Shown: piece after piece, positions 17,990 through 27,308 of the stretch | Layout of the letters: each line of letters opens with the position of its first letter | Numbering within the stretch: position 1 is the stretch's first letter | Source of the DNA: Oscillospiraceae bacterium | GTDB lineage: Bacteria; Bacillota; Clostridia; UBA1212; UBA1255 | DNA: 64,000 nt | Assembly (NCBI GenBank): GCA_015069165.1 | Contig: SVJD01000002.1 | Location: forward strand, 1,385-65,384 | Direction of reading: 5' to 3' | Translations under genes and position numbers: made by a program | The notes under the pieces: generated by a model | Databases searched by the model: none | The model's input: the letters and a program-made list of their open reading frames with translations, nothing else | Told to the model about the DNA's origin: nothing

Positions 17990-18933
17990 GCCGTTGTTTA
18001 TGTTGCGGTAAAATGCTACGTACTGAAAACGAATATGGATGGCACTTATCGTGCATAAAATCTTTTTTTGGAACTGCCAAGTTCCCTGATATAGACGTTT
18101 CAAAAGAGGTTTTAAACCAAATCGCTATAGATAATACAAACAAAGGGTTTACGGTTCCCGGTGTGCAGAAAAAGTTATCTTTACACCTGTCTCAAGAAGA
18201 TACTCCCCGTCTAACCCTTGTAAATTATCCTACAGGTTACATTCTTAAACCTCAAACAGACGAATATACATCTTTGCCGGAAATGGAATATCTTATTATG
18301 CAAATGGCAGAAGAGAGCGGTATTAAAACAGTTCCTTTTGCTTTGCTTCGTTTGCCTTCTCAGGATAATGCTTATGCCTATATAACAAAGCGTATTGATA
18401 GAGCGAATGGTAAAATGCTTGCTATGGAAGATTTTTGTCAACTTGACGGAAGACTTACTGAAGACAAGTATCGCGGCTCGTATGAGAGATGCGGTAAAAT
18501 TATATCTGAACATTCAGAATCAAAAGGCTTAGATAATACTGAATTGTTTATTCGTATTGTTTTTTCATTTGCGGTTGGCAATTCAGATATGCATCTCAAA
18601 AACTTTTCACTTATTGAAACGGCAGAAGGTAGCAACAAATATGTTTTGTCTGCTGCATATGACATGCTTTCTACCAATGTGGTTATCCCTGCCGATAAGG
18701 AACAGTTGGCTTTGACTATCAATGGTAAAAAGCAAAATATACGTAAAAAAGATTTTATTAAGTTTGCCGGAATAATCGGAATTTCAGAAAAAACCGCAGA
18801 TAAAATGATTGAAAAAATTGTTAAACTTGAAGATAAATATATCGCTATGTGCAGAGAATCTTATATGCCGGACGACATGAAAGAAGCACTTGAAAATTTA
18901 ATTGAAAACAGAATTGCTGTTTTAAAGAAATAA
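17986..18933 (+). CDS. hipT: HipA-family Ser/Thr kinase core (HipT-like toxin)
   Basis: Gly-rich loop FTVPGVQKKLSL, catalytic loop GNSDMHLKNFSL, Mg-binding AAYDMLSTN, and an N-terminal CLCCGK...HLSC zinc-ribbon-like motif. 315 aa; it lacks the N-subdomain, which the preceding ORF encodes. Confidence 0.85.
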   Translation: MSRCLCCGKMLRTENEYGWHLSCIKSFFGTAKFPDIDVSKEVLNQIAIDNTNKGFTVPGVQKKLSLHLSQEDTPRLTLVNYPTGYILKPQTDEYTSLPEMEYLIMQMAEESGIKTVPFALLRLPSQDNAYAYITKRIDRANGKMLAMEDFCQLDGRLTEDKYRGSYERCGKIISEHSESKGLDNTELFIRIVFSFAVGNSDMHLKNFSLIETAEGSNKYVLSAAYDMLSTNVVIPADKEQLALTINGKKQNIRKKDFIKFAGIIGISEKTADKMIEKIVKLEDKYIAMCRESYMPDDMKEALENLIENRIAVLKK

Positions 18934-18940
18934 TAAAACC

Positions 18941-18984
18941 CGGCTAAAACGACATTTAATCGCATTTTAGCCGAGCTTTTATTT
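18941..18984 (+). terminator. Putative terminator after the kinase gene
   Basis: CGGCTAAAA (18941-18949) / TTTTAGCCG (18965-18973), followed by AGCTTTTATTT. Confidence 0.55.
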
Positions 18985-19111
18985 ATACATAGACAGATTC
19001 AAATTTATCAATCATCCCATTCTATGCACGGTGTGACTTCCGCACCGAACATTGCGGGGACTTGATTGCTTACTTAATTTCTTTGATAGCTGCCTGTTCT
19101 GATATCCGGAC

Positions 19112-19870
19112 TTATTTCGCTCTGCAAAAAACATGGCTGCCTATTGTTGTTGATATCGGCAAGGTGCGAATCCATTTGTTTGTCGCTGTACGCGGATTGT
19201 AATAATAAAGACAACCATATGTGGGATCCCAACCGTTCACCGCATCACGAACTGCCTTGTATGCCGTATCATTTGGCGTGAGATTTATTTGTCCGTCAGC
19301 AACTACGTCGAAAGCACCTGCCTGATAAACAACACCGGCTACTGTTTTAGGAAAACGAGAATCCCTCACACGATTTAAAATTACTGCCGCAACGGCCACT
19401 TGACCGGTATAAGGCTCGCCGCGGGCTTCTCCGTAAACAGCTCTTGCAATTAAGTTCAAATCACTTGAAGAATATCCGCCCGTGGAACTGCTTGTAGAAG
19501 AAGAACTTTGTATTCCCATAGCGGCCAAAGTATTTTTGCCGGCAATTCCGTCAACAACAAGTCCGTTTTTTTGCTGGAAATATCGCACAGCAGCCTCCGT
19601 GCGGCTGCCGTATATTCCGTCTATGGAACCGGTATAATATCCCCATGATTTCAACTTTTTCTGTATAGAAGTAACTTCGCTTCCGGAAGAACCGCGTTTC
19701 GACAACACAGCTTGAGATAGTGAAATTTCCGACACGGAATCAATTTCTTGTTTTGCACCGTAATCGTACAAGGCCGCCGCAATAAATGACAGCACAAGCA
19801 CCGCAATAATCATTATTGTGATATATGAAAAGTCATGTCTTTTTTTTATATATATGGATTTATTTTTCAA
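19112..19870 (-). CDS. sleB: Spore cortex-lytic enzyme SleB-like (PG-binding domain plus Hydrolase_2)
   Basis: A TM anchor, then PG_binding_1 (VTSIQKKLKSWGYYTGSIDGIYGSRTEAAVRYFQQKNGLVVDGIAGKNTL) and Hydrolase_2 (ARAVYGEARGEPYTGQVAVAAVILNRV...GSHVF). A TTG start at 19870 with GAGGTG 6 nt upstream is preferred over the track start at 19936. Confidence 0.85.
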   Translation of the reverse strand: MKNKSIYIKKRHDFSYITIMIIAVLVLSFIAAALYDYGAKQEIDSVSEISLSQAVLSKRGSSGSEVTSIQKKLKSWGYYTGSIDGIYGSRTEAAVRYFQQKNGLVVDGIAGKNTLAAMGIQSSSSTSSSTGGYSSSDLNLIARAVYGEARGEPYTGQVAVAAVILNRVRDSRFPKTVAGVVYQAGAFDVVADGQINLTPNDTAYKAVRDAVNGWDPTYGCLYYYNPRTATNKWIRTLPISTTIGSHVFCRAK

Positions 19871-20038
19871 AATCAACACCTCATATTCAATAAATATTTC
19901 AAGGTTATTTTGCAGTGATAAAAATAAACAATACAAGAAAAATATTGGAAAATAGTTTTTTGTTTCATTTTTTTTTCAGATGTGGTAAACTTAAAGTGAG
20001 TGCACATATATTGTGCCGAAAGGAGCATTTTGTCAGTT

Positions 20039-21148
20039 ATGAAAAAATACGATTATCTCATTGTGGGAAGCGGACTTTTCGGAGCGGTATTTGCCCATCA
20101 GGCAATGAAAAAAGGCAAAAAATGCCTCGTGATAGAAAAAAGAAATCACGTTGGCGGTAATATTTATTGCGAGAATATAAATGATATAACCGTACACAAA
20201 TACGGTGCGCACATTTTCCACACAAATGACAAAAGAGTATGGGAATACGTAAACGAGCTTTGTGAGTTTAACAGATATACAAACTGCCCTGTAGCTAATT
20301 ACAAGGGAGAGCTTTACAACTTGCCTTTTAATATGAATACATTCAACAAATTATGGGGCGTTGTTACTCCGCAAGAGGCGGCAGACAAGATTGCAAGTCA
20401 GCAGGCTTGTGCAAAGGACGAGCCTTCAAATCTCGAAGAACAAGCAATTAAATTGGTAGGTACGGACATTTACGAAAAACTCGTAAAAGACTACACAGAA
20501 AAGCAATGGGGAAGACCTTGCAAAGAGCTTCCGGCTTTTATAATAAAACGCTTGCCGGTAAGATTTACGTACGACAATAACTATTTCAATGATGCGTACC
20601 AGGGTATTCCCATAGGCGGTTACAATAAAATCATAGACAAGCTTCTTGAAGGTGCAGATATAAAGCTCGGTGTGGACTTCAACGAAAGTGACGAAATACG
20701 CCGGCAATATATGCAACTTGCAGAAAAAACAGTGTATACAGGCACGATTGATTCGTTCTTTGATTATAAATTCGGCACACTCGAATACAGAACCGTTAAA
20801 TTTGAAACGGAAATTCTCGACACAGACAATTACCAAGGCGTTGCGGTAATGAATTATACCGACAAAGAAACGCCGTATACGAGAATTATAGAGCATAAAC
20901 ATTTTGAATTCGGCACACAAAAAGGCACCGTAATTTCAAAAGAGTATTCAGAAGCGTGGACATTGGAAAAAGAACCGTATTATCCCGTAAATGACAGCAA
21001 AAACCATGAGGTTTACACGAAATATGCTGACGAAGCCGCAAAAATGCAAGGAGTTGTTTTCGGCGGTCGTTTGGCGGAATACAAATATTACGATATGGAC
21101 AAAGTTATAGCCTCGGCACTCGATGCGGCAGAAAGAGAGGGCTTGTAA
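20039..21148 (+). CDS. glf: UDP-galactopyranose mutase
   Basis: MKKYDYLIVGSGLFGAVFA (FAD-binding GxGxxG) and GGNIYCE...HKYGAHIFHT are typical Glf. Start ATG 20039. Confidence 0.92.
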   Translation: MKKYDYLIVGSGLFGAVFAHQAMKKGKKCLVIEKRNHVGGNIYCENINDITVHKYGAHIFHTNDKRVWEYVNELCEFNRYTNCPVANYKGELYNLPFNMNTFNKLWGVVTPQEAADKIASQQACAKDEPSNLEEQAIKLVGTDIYEKLVKDYTEKQWGRPCKELPAFIIKRLPVRFTYDNNYFNDAYQGIPIGGYNKIIDKLLEGADIKLGVDFNESDEIRRQYMQLAEKTVYTGTIDSFFDYKFGTLEYRTVKFETEILDTDNYQGVAVMNYTDKETPYTRIIEHKHFEFGTQKGTVISKEYSEAWTLEKEPYYPVNDSKNHEVYTKYADEAAKMQGVVFGGRLAEYKYYDMDKVIASALDAAEREGL

Positions 21149-22227
21149 TGAGCAGTGAATATCAAGTAGGCATTACAGTAATAATGCCTGTGTACAAAGT
21201 AGAAAAGTACGTTGCAAAAGCAATTGAAACAGTGCTTAATCAGACATTTTCCGACTTCGAATTTATAATAGTAGATGACGGAACGCCTGATAACAGTGGC
21301 GCTATTTGCGATGAATATGCAAAAAAAGACAGCAGAATTAAAGTTATACACCAAGAAAATGCAGGTGCTCCCGCAGCTCGTAACAGAGCTATTGATATAG
21401 CAAGAGGTAAATATTTGTATTTTATGGACTCTGACGATTGGGCAGAGCCTACAATGCTTGAGGATATGTACAAGTTGGCAGAAGAAAATAAAGCTGAACT
21501 TGTTGTAACAGGATTCTTTATTGAAACATATTACAGCGATACAGAAAAATACACTCAAATACAAACAGAGGAGCCGGCTGAGTACCCCACACAGCAAGCA
21601 TTCAGAGAAAATGCGTACAAGCTATTTGATAAAAACTTGTTGTATCCGCCCTGGAATAAGTTATATTCTGCAAAATATTTACAGAATAACAATTTGCGAT
21701 TCCCTCAGACTTGGATGGATGACTTCCCGTTTGTACTTTCTTTTGTACGCGATGTAAAAAAAGTAATTTTTAGCCCCACGCCATACTATCATTTTATGAG
21801 AGCACGTGCAGAAAGCGAAACTGCTAAATACAAGAGTACATTGTACGAGAAGAGAGAAGAAGAACACGAGTGGATGATAGACCTTTATAAATATTGGGAT
21901 ATTAAAGACGAAGAAAAGAAAGCGGCGGCAATGGAAATGGTATTCCGCAGATATATTGAAAGAATAATCGGCTGCATAGAAAACGTAACAAATCCCAATT
22001 GTACGTTGAGCAAAAAGGAAAGAAAAGCCGAGATAAAGCGCATTTTGAATAATCCTAATGTTAGCGAGGCTTTAAAGATAGCAAAACCGAAGTCAAAATA
22101 CATGAAGATTATGTTACTCCCCGTAAGATGGAAAAATGTAACACTTTGCTATCTTGAAGGTACGGTTATTTCCAAATTTAAAACAAAAAATGTAAAGACT
22201 TTTGCTAAATTAAAAGCAAACCGATAA
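21148..22227 (+). CDS. Family 2 glycosyltransferase
   Basis: [40 protein letters not shown]...FMDSDDW is a GT2 DxD fold. The start overlaps the glf stop by 1 nt. Confidence 0.85.
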   Translation: MSSEYQVGITVIMPVYKVEKYVAKAIETVLNQTFSDFEFIIVDDGTPDNSGAICDEYAKKDSRIKVIHQENAGAPAARNRAIDIARGKYLYFMDSDDWAEPTMLEDMYKLAEENKAELVVTGFFIETYYSDTEKYTQIQTEEPAEYPTQQAFRENAYKLFDKNLLYPPWNKLYSAKYLQNNNLRFPQTWMDDFPFVLSFVRDVKKVIFSPTPYYHFMRARAESETAKYKSTLYEKREEEHEWMIDLYKYWDIKDEEKKAAAMEMVFRRYIERIIGCIENVTNPNCTLSKKERKAEIKRILNNPNVSEALKIAKPKSKYMKIMLLPVRWKNVTLCYLEGTVISKFKTKNVKTFAKLKANR

Positions 22228-22250
22228 AAATTTGTAAAAGGGGAAAATGT

Positions 22251-23930
22251 ATGAGTTCTTATAAAAGTGATATTGAAATTGCACAAAGCGCAGAGATTAA
22301 GCCTATCGGAGAAATTGCAGATAAGGCAGGTATTGACAGAGAATATGTTGAATACTATGGTAAATATAAGGCGAAAATCGATGTTTGGAATATGCCGCAC
22401 AGCGAGCCTAAAGCTAAACTGGTTCTCGTTACTGCTATTACGCCTACTCCTGCGGGAGAAGGAAAAACAACAACTACTATAGGTCTTGCTGATGGACTTC
22501 GCAAAATCGGCAAAAATTCTATCGTTGCGCTTCGTGAGCCTTCTTTGGGACCTGTTTTCGGTGTTAAAGGCGGCGCGGCAGGCGGCGGATATGCACAAGT
22601 TATTCCTATGGAAGATATAAATCTTCACTTTACGGGCGACTTCCACGCAATCGGTGCGGCGAATAATTTGCTGGCAGCAATGCTTGATAATCACATATAT
22701 CAAGGAAATCAGTTGAATATTGACCCCAGACGCATTACATGGCGCAGATGTGTTGATATGAACGACCGTCAGCTCAGATACGTAACAAACGGTTTGGGAG
22801 GCAGAGTAAACGGCGTTCCCAGAGAAGACGGCTACGATATTACGGTAGCATCCGAAATAATGGCTGTTTTGTGCTTGGCTTCCTCGCTTACAGATTTAAA
22901 AGCACGTTTGGGCAGAATAATTGTGGGTTACACATACGATGAAAAGCCTGTTACGGCTTCTATGCTCAAAGCGGAAGGTGCAATGGCGGCACTTCTTAAA
23001 GATGCGCTTAAACCTAATCTCGTACAAACCCTTGAAGGCACTCCGGCACTCGTTCACGGAGGCCCGTTTGCAAATATCGCACACGGTTGTAACTCCGTTA
23101 TTGCCACAAAAACTGCTATGGAGCTTGGCGAATACGCTATCACCGAGGCAGGTTTCGGTGCTGACTTGGGTGCTGAAAAGTTCCTCGACATAAAGTGCAG
23201 AGTGGCAGAATTAAAACCCTCCGCTGTTGTAGTAGTGGCTACTGTAAGAGCTCTTAAAATGCACGGTGGCGTTCCGAAAACAGAGCTTGCGGGGGAGAAT
23301 CTCGAAGCTCTTGAAAGAGGACTTCCGAATCTTCTCAGACACGTTTCAAATATTCGCGATGTTTACAAACTTCCTTGTGTGGTAGCAATTAACAGATTTG
23401 TACAAGACAGCGATGCGGAGCTTGCTTTGATTGCAAAGAAATGTAAGGAATTGGGAGTAAACGTGGCACTTTCCGACGTGTGGGCAAAAGGCGGAGAAGG
23501 AGCAGTAGAACTTGCAAGCGAAGTTGTAAGGTTGTGCGAAACACAAGATAACAGTAATTTCAGCTTCTCCTATGAAGACGATTGCTCAATAGACGATAAA
23601 ATCAAAGCGATTACACAAAAAGTATATCGCGGCGATAATGTAATCTATACGGCAGAAGCTTTGAAACAGAAAAAGCAGCTCGAGGAAATGGGCTTCGGCA
23701 AACTGCCTGTGTGCATTGCAAAAACGCAATACAGTTTCTCTGATGATATGTCGAAGATCGGTGCGCCGGAGAATTTTGAAATAACTGTAAGAAATTTGAA
23801 AGTATCTGCAGGCGCAGGTTTTATAGTTGCTCTTACAGGTTCTATTATGACAATGCCGGGACTTCCTAAAGTACCTGCAGCAGAAAGAATTGATATTGAC
23901 GAAAACGGTAATATTAGCGGGCTCTTTTAA
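22251..23930 (+). CDS. fhs: Formate--tetrahydrofolate ligase
   Basis: [17 protein letters not shown] and the C-terminal [15 protein letters not shown]; 559 aa. Confidence 0.95.
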   Translation: MSSYKSDIEIAQSAEIKPIGEIADKAGIDREYVEYYGKYKAKIDVWNMPHSEPKAKLVLVTAITPTPAGEGKTTTTIGLADGLRKIGKNSIVALREPSLGPVFGVKGGAAGGGYAQVIPMEDINLHFTGDFHAIGAANNLLAAMLDNHIYQGNQLNIDPRRITWRRCVDMNDRQLRYVTNGLGGRVNGVPREDGYDITVASEIMAVLCLASSLTDLKARLGRIIVGYTYDEKPVTASMLKAEGAMAALLKDALKPNLVQTLEGTPALVHGGPFANIAHGCNSVIATKTAMELGEYAITEAGFGADLGAEKFLDIKCRVAELKPSAVVVVATVRALKMHGGVPKTELAGENLEALERGLPNLLRHVSNIRDVYKLPCVVAINRFVQDSDAELALIAKKCKELGVNVALSDVWAKGGEGAVELASEVVRLCETQDNSNFSFSYEDDCSIDDKIKAITQKVYRGDNVIYTAEALKQKKQLEEMGFGKLPVCIAKTQYSFSDDMSKIGAPENFEITVRNLKVSAGAGFIVALTGSIMTMPGLPKVPAAERIDIDENGNISGLF

Positions 23931-24002
23931 TATTGACGAAATATTACGGTTGTTCTATACTAAAAAAAGACTATTTAATTGATGAAAACAGGAGAGAAAA
24001 TA

Positions 24003-24374
24003 ATGCCGTCAGATAAGATAATACAATTTAATGACGAAATTTTTGACAGATTTATGATTAAAAGCAAGCTGCCCGTTATGGTGAATTTTTGGGCGCAAAA
24101 TTGCGGTCCGTGCAGAACTCTTGCTCCGATTCTGGATGAGCTTGCAGAGGAGTATGACGGATTGTTGACAATTGGTTTTGTAAATGTAGAAGAATGTCCT
24201 AAAACCGTAAAAGCATTCCGTATATCAAGTGTTCCGACTCTTGCTTTTATAGTTGACGGTATTACAGAACAACGCATAATAGGTTTAAAATCCGCAGAGG
24301 AAATAAAGACAGTTATTGAAAAGTACGTCAGGAGGAATAAAATTGGAAATACAGATGCAGAACAAGATGCTTGA
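24003..24374 (+). CDS. Thioredoxin-like protein with a variant NCGPC active site
   Basis: VMVNFWAQNCGPCRTLAPILDELAEEY...VPTLAFIVDG is a thioredoxin fold, with Asn replacing the canonical Trp of WCGPC. Start ATG 24003 follows GGAGAG. Confidence 0.8.
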   Translation: MPSDKIIQFNDEIFDRFMIKSKLPVMVNFWAQNCGPCRTLAPILDELAEEYDGLLTIGFVNVEECPKTVKAFRISSVPTLAFIVDGITEQRIIGLKSAEEIKTVIEKYVRRNKIGNTDAEQDA

Positions 24375-24966
24375 ACCGGTACAGCCGATTGATACAAATA
24401 CTATTTTGGCAGAGGGTAAGTGCGAGCCGAAAACTTTTGACGTGCCTTTGAAAAAATACAGAAAAAAGTATGTAAATGAGTACTTAGAAGCTTTAAATCG
24501 TCATTATACGGAGATAATAGAAGCTAATACGAATGAAATAATAAAATTAGGAGAAGCTTACAGCGAGCTTGCGGATTCATATAATTCTTTGCTTGCACAG
24601 CACAACCAACTTTCTTCTTCGTATATTGAGCTTCAAAATGAAAAGTCAAAAGTTGCCGATGCGCTTATTAAAGCAGAAAATACGGCAAGTGAAATAATTG
24701 CTTGTGCACATGAGCAGGCGGAATTGGAACGCCGTGAATTGGAAAATAAATCCGAGGCGCTGCGCGAAAATATTGTTGATAAAAACAAAAGAATCAGAGA
24801 TATGCGCATTGAAGTTACGGAAATGTGCAATGGCGTAAAGGCTCAAATGGAAGCCGCATTAAAAGCTATTACGGATAAAATGGACGAAGAAATTAACAAT
24901 TTCAACAACACGGTATCCGGTGTGGAAGGTAAATATCTTGATACAGAGGGGAAAATAAATGAGTAA
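24343..24966 (+). CDS. Coiled-coil protein, possibly DivIVA-like
   Basis: FDVPLKKYRKKYVNEYLEAL resembles the DivIVA N-terminal motif, followed by a long heptad-rich region. A TTG at 24343 lies 7 nt after AGGAGG (alternative start ATG 24355). It overlaps the end of the thioredoxin gene. Confidence 0.45.
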   Translation: MEIQMQNKMLEPVQPIDTNTILAEGKCEPKTFDVPLKKYRKKYVNEYLEALNRHYTEIIEANTNEIIKLGEAYSELADSYNSLLAQHNQLSSSYIELQNEKSKVADALIKAENTASEIIACAHEQAELERRELENKSEALRENIVDKNKRIRDMRIEVTEMCNGVKAQMEAALKAITDKMDEEINNFNNTVSGVEGKYLDTEGKINE

Positions 24967-25084
24967 TCAAAAGAAAAAGATTAATATTTCTAAATTAATA
25001 GTAAGAATATTATGCTTTATTTTAGCGTTCTCCATGGTGGGAACAACTTTCTTTATGTTGATTCAGTATTTGATGTATTTATAA
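24959..25084 (+). CDS. Possible 41-aa single-TM peptide
   Basis: Manual translation gives MSNKKKKINISKLIVRILCFILAFSMVGTTFFMLIQYLMYL-like: a basic N-terminus then a hydrophobic helix. It overlaps the upstream stop and lies directly before cdaA. Too short to be in the track, and supported by no other evidence. Confidence 0.3.
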   Translation: MSNQKKKINISKLIVRILCFILAFSMVGTTFFMLIQYLMYL

Positions 25085-25099
25085 AAAGGGGAAAATACA

Positions 25100-25987
25100 A
25101 TGTGCTTGATGGCATCGGACTTCGGTAGATTCACTACCTTTTTAGGAGAATATTTGGGCATAAGCGGCATATGGGACGTATTCAGAATTTTATTAGACGT
25201 TCTGATTATTTCCTATGTGTTTTATCTTTTGCTCACTCTTTTAAGGGATTCGAGAGCCTTCCAACTCATCAAAAGTGTTATTTTGATTTTAGTTGTGGCT
25301 TTCGTGGCGGAATTATTGCAGTTTTCTACCGTTTCTTTTGTTCTGAAGCTCGTCATTGAAGTGCTTCCCGTAATGCTTATAGTGTTGTTCCAGCCGGAAT
25401 TAAGGCGAATACTTGAAGGATTGGGACAAAAATCCTTTATGGAACTTTTTAAGAGCGGTACGCAAAAAACTGCCGATTTGAGCGTAATGGTAAGCGAAAT
25501 TGTAAAAGCAACATACGCAATGGCAGAAGAAAAAACAGGCGCACTTATTATTTTAGAACGTAAAACTAATTTGAGCGAAGTAATTCGTACCGGCACAATA
25601 GTGGATTCTGCAGTAACGGCACAGTTTTTAAGACAGCTTTTTATAAAGAATACACCGCTTCACGATGGTGCAGTTATAATAAAAAACAGCAGAATTGCGG
25701 CGGCTGCGTGCTATTTGCCGCTTTCTACAAATATGCAGTTGAATAAAGATTTGGGAACTCGCCACAGAGCCGGTATAGGCATCAGCGAAACAACAGACTG
25801 TATTTCGATTATTGTTTCCGAGGAAACAGGTTATGTTTCAATTTCACAAAACGGTGTTTTGAAAAGAAATATAAAAGAAGATACATTAAGAGCTGTTTTA
25901 CTTGAAGAGATGGCACCCCACACGAATCAAGAAAAAAACTCAAGTAAAAAAGCAAATATATTCAAGAAAGGCGGCAAACAGAAATGA
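25100..25987 (+). CDS. cdaA: Diadenylate cyclase CdaA
   Basis: Three N-terminal TM segments plus a DAC domain: TPLHDGAVIIKNSRIAAAACYLPLS and GTRHRAGIGISETTDCISIIVSEETG. Confidence 0.92.
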   Translation: MCLMASDFGRFTTFLGEYLGISGIWDVFRILLDVLIISYVFYLLLTLLRDSRAFQLIKSVILILVVAFVAELLQFSTVSFVLKLVIEVLPVMLIVLFQPELRRILEGLGQKSFMELFKSGTQKTADLSVMVSEIVKATYAMAEEKTGALIILERKTNLSEVIRTGTIVDSAVTAQFLRQLFIKNTPLHDGAVIIKNSRIAAAACYLPLSTNMQLNKDLGTRHRAGIGISETTDCISIIVSEETGYVSISQNGVLKRNIKEDTLRAVLLEEMAPHTNQEKNSSKKANIFKKGGKQK

Positions 25988-27291
25988 TAAAATTAAGAAA
26001 CTTCTTAAAAAGCAAGACTTTTTATATTATTGTTTCTGCGCTTTTGGGAGTTATGACGTGGCTTTTGGTGCTTAACTACACAAATCCGACGGAGAAGCGT
26101 TCTTTGGATATACCCTTAAATGTACTGAATGGCAATGCTCCCGCTGCTTTGGGTTTAAGCGAAAGAGATTCTTCTGTTCCCGATAAAATTACGATAAAAG
26201 CTTCCGGAAGATCTGACATAATAGGGAATTTGACAGCTGCGGATTTGTATGCCTTTGTGGATTTTGCTGAGATTGATAAGGCGGGAACTACAACCCTTAA
26301 AATTGATGAGCCCGAGTGTAAAAGATTAGGGATAAAAATAGAGGATTATTATCCTAAAAAAGTAGATGTAATGTATGACAAAATGTCTCATGTAAATGTG
26401 GATGTTATAGTTGACTATGATAACAGTTTATTGGCAGAAAATTTTGAAATATTATCTGTTAAAGCGGAACCGAGTACAGTACAGATTTCAGGATTTGAGT
26501 CGGATATAGCAGATATTGACTGCATAAAAGTCAAACTTAATGAAAGCCTTGCGGCAGGTTCTATAGATTCCGACAGAATAGGTTCGTATCTTGGACACTA
26601 TTATCTGAAAAGCGGTGAGGAAGTAACCGCTGATTATGAAAAAGAAAAAATATCAGTACAAATAGAAGTCGCAAAACGAGTGCCTTTGAAATTCAGCGTT
26701 TCAGGTGAACCTCACAACGATTATTATTTAGGCAAAACAAGTATAAATTCAAATACTGTTTTGCTCCGTGGCGCATCGTCTGCCCTGCGTAATATAAACG
26801 AAATAGATTTGGGGTCGATTGATGTTTCCGGTGCGACCGGAAATGTTATAAAGAATTTTAACATAGAGTCGTATTTGCCTGCGGGAATTGCAACTTATCA
26901 AACTGCTGAGGTTTCTGTTTCGGCAGAAATTTTAAAATATGAAATTAAAAATATTACTGTAAATATGTCTGATTCAGTAAGCACTCCGGGCAAAAATCCC
27001 AGAGAATATACGTACGAATTTTCTAAAAACCAATTTGATGTAAAGATAAAAGGTAAAGCTGCCGATTTGGCAAATCTGTCAGTTTCTTCATTAGGCCCTG
27101 AAATTGATTTAACCGATAAAGGCGTAGGCGAATATATTTTGCCGCTTGAATTTACAGCTATTGATAATGCTAAATATACAGTAATCGGAGATTATACTTG
27201 CTCTGTGAAAATTGCAGATAAAATTGAAGAAACGCCGGCTCCGAGCACACCTTCTCCGGAGAGCACAGCAACGGCTACTGCCACTCCGTAA
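25984..27291 (+). CDS. cdaR: CdaA regulator CdaR (YbbR-repeat protein)
   Basis: An N-terminal TM segment and repeated YbbR-like beta modules. The start overlaps cdaA in an ATGA motif, the conserved cdaA-cdaR order. Confidence 0.8.
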   Translation: MIKLRNFLKSKTFYIIVSALLGVMTWLLVLNYTNPTEKRSLDIPLNVLNGNAPAALGLSERDSSVPDKITIKASGRSDIIGNLTAADLYAFVDFAEIDKAGTTTLKIDEPECKRLGIKIEDYYPKKVDVMYDKMSHVNVDVIVDYDNSLLAENFEILSVKAEPSTVQISGFESDIADIDCIKVKLNESLAAGSIDSDRIGSYLGHYYLKSGEEVTADYEKEKISVQIEVAKRVPLKFSVSGEPHNDYYLGKTSINSNTVLLRGASSALRNINEIDLGSIDVSGATGNVIKNFNIESYLPAGIATYQTAEVSVSAEILKYEIKNITVNMSDSVSTPGKNPREYTYEFSKNQFDVKIKGKAADLANLSVSSLGPEIDLTDKGVGEYILPLEFTAIDNAKYTVIGDYTCSVKIADKIEETPAPSTPSPESTATATATP

Positions 27292-27308
27292 GAAATCATT
27301 TGCGTTTT

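Noticed and set aside
18985-19111. Looked for a small gene or ncRNA in the 127-bp gap between the kinase terminator and the end of sleB.
   Set aside because: The only ORF is a 14-codon frame without an RBS, and I could identify no conserved RNA motif or stable hairpin.
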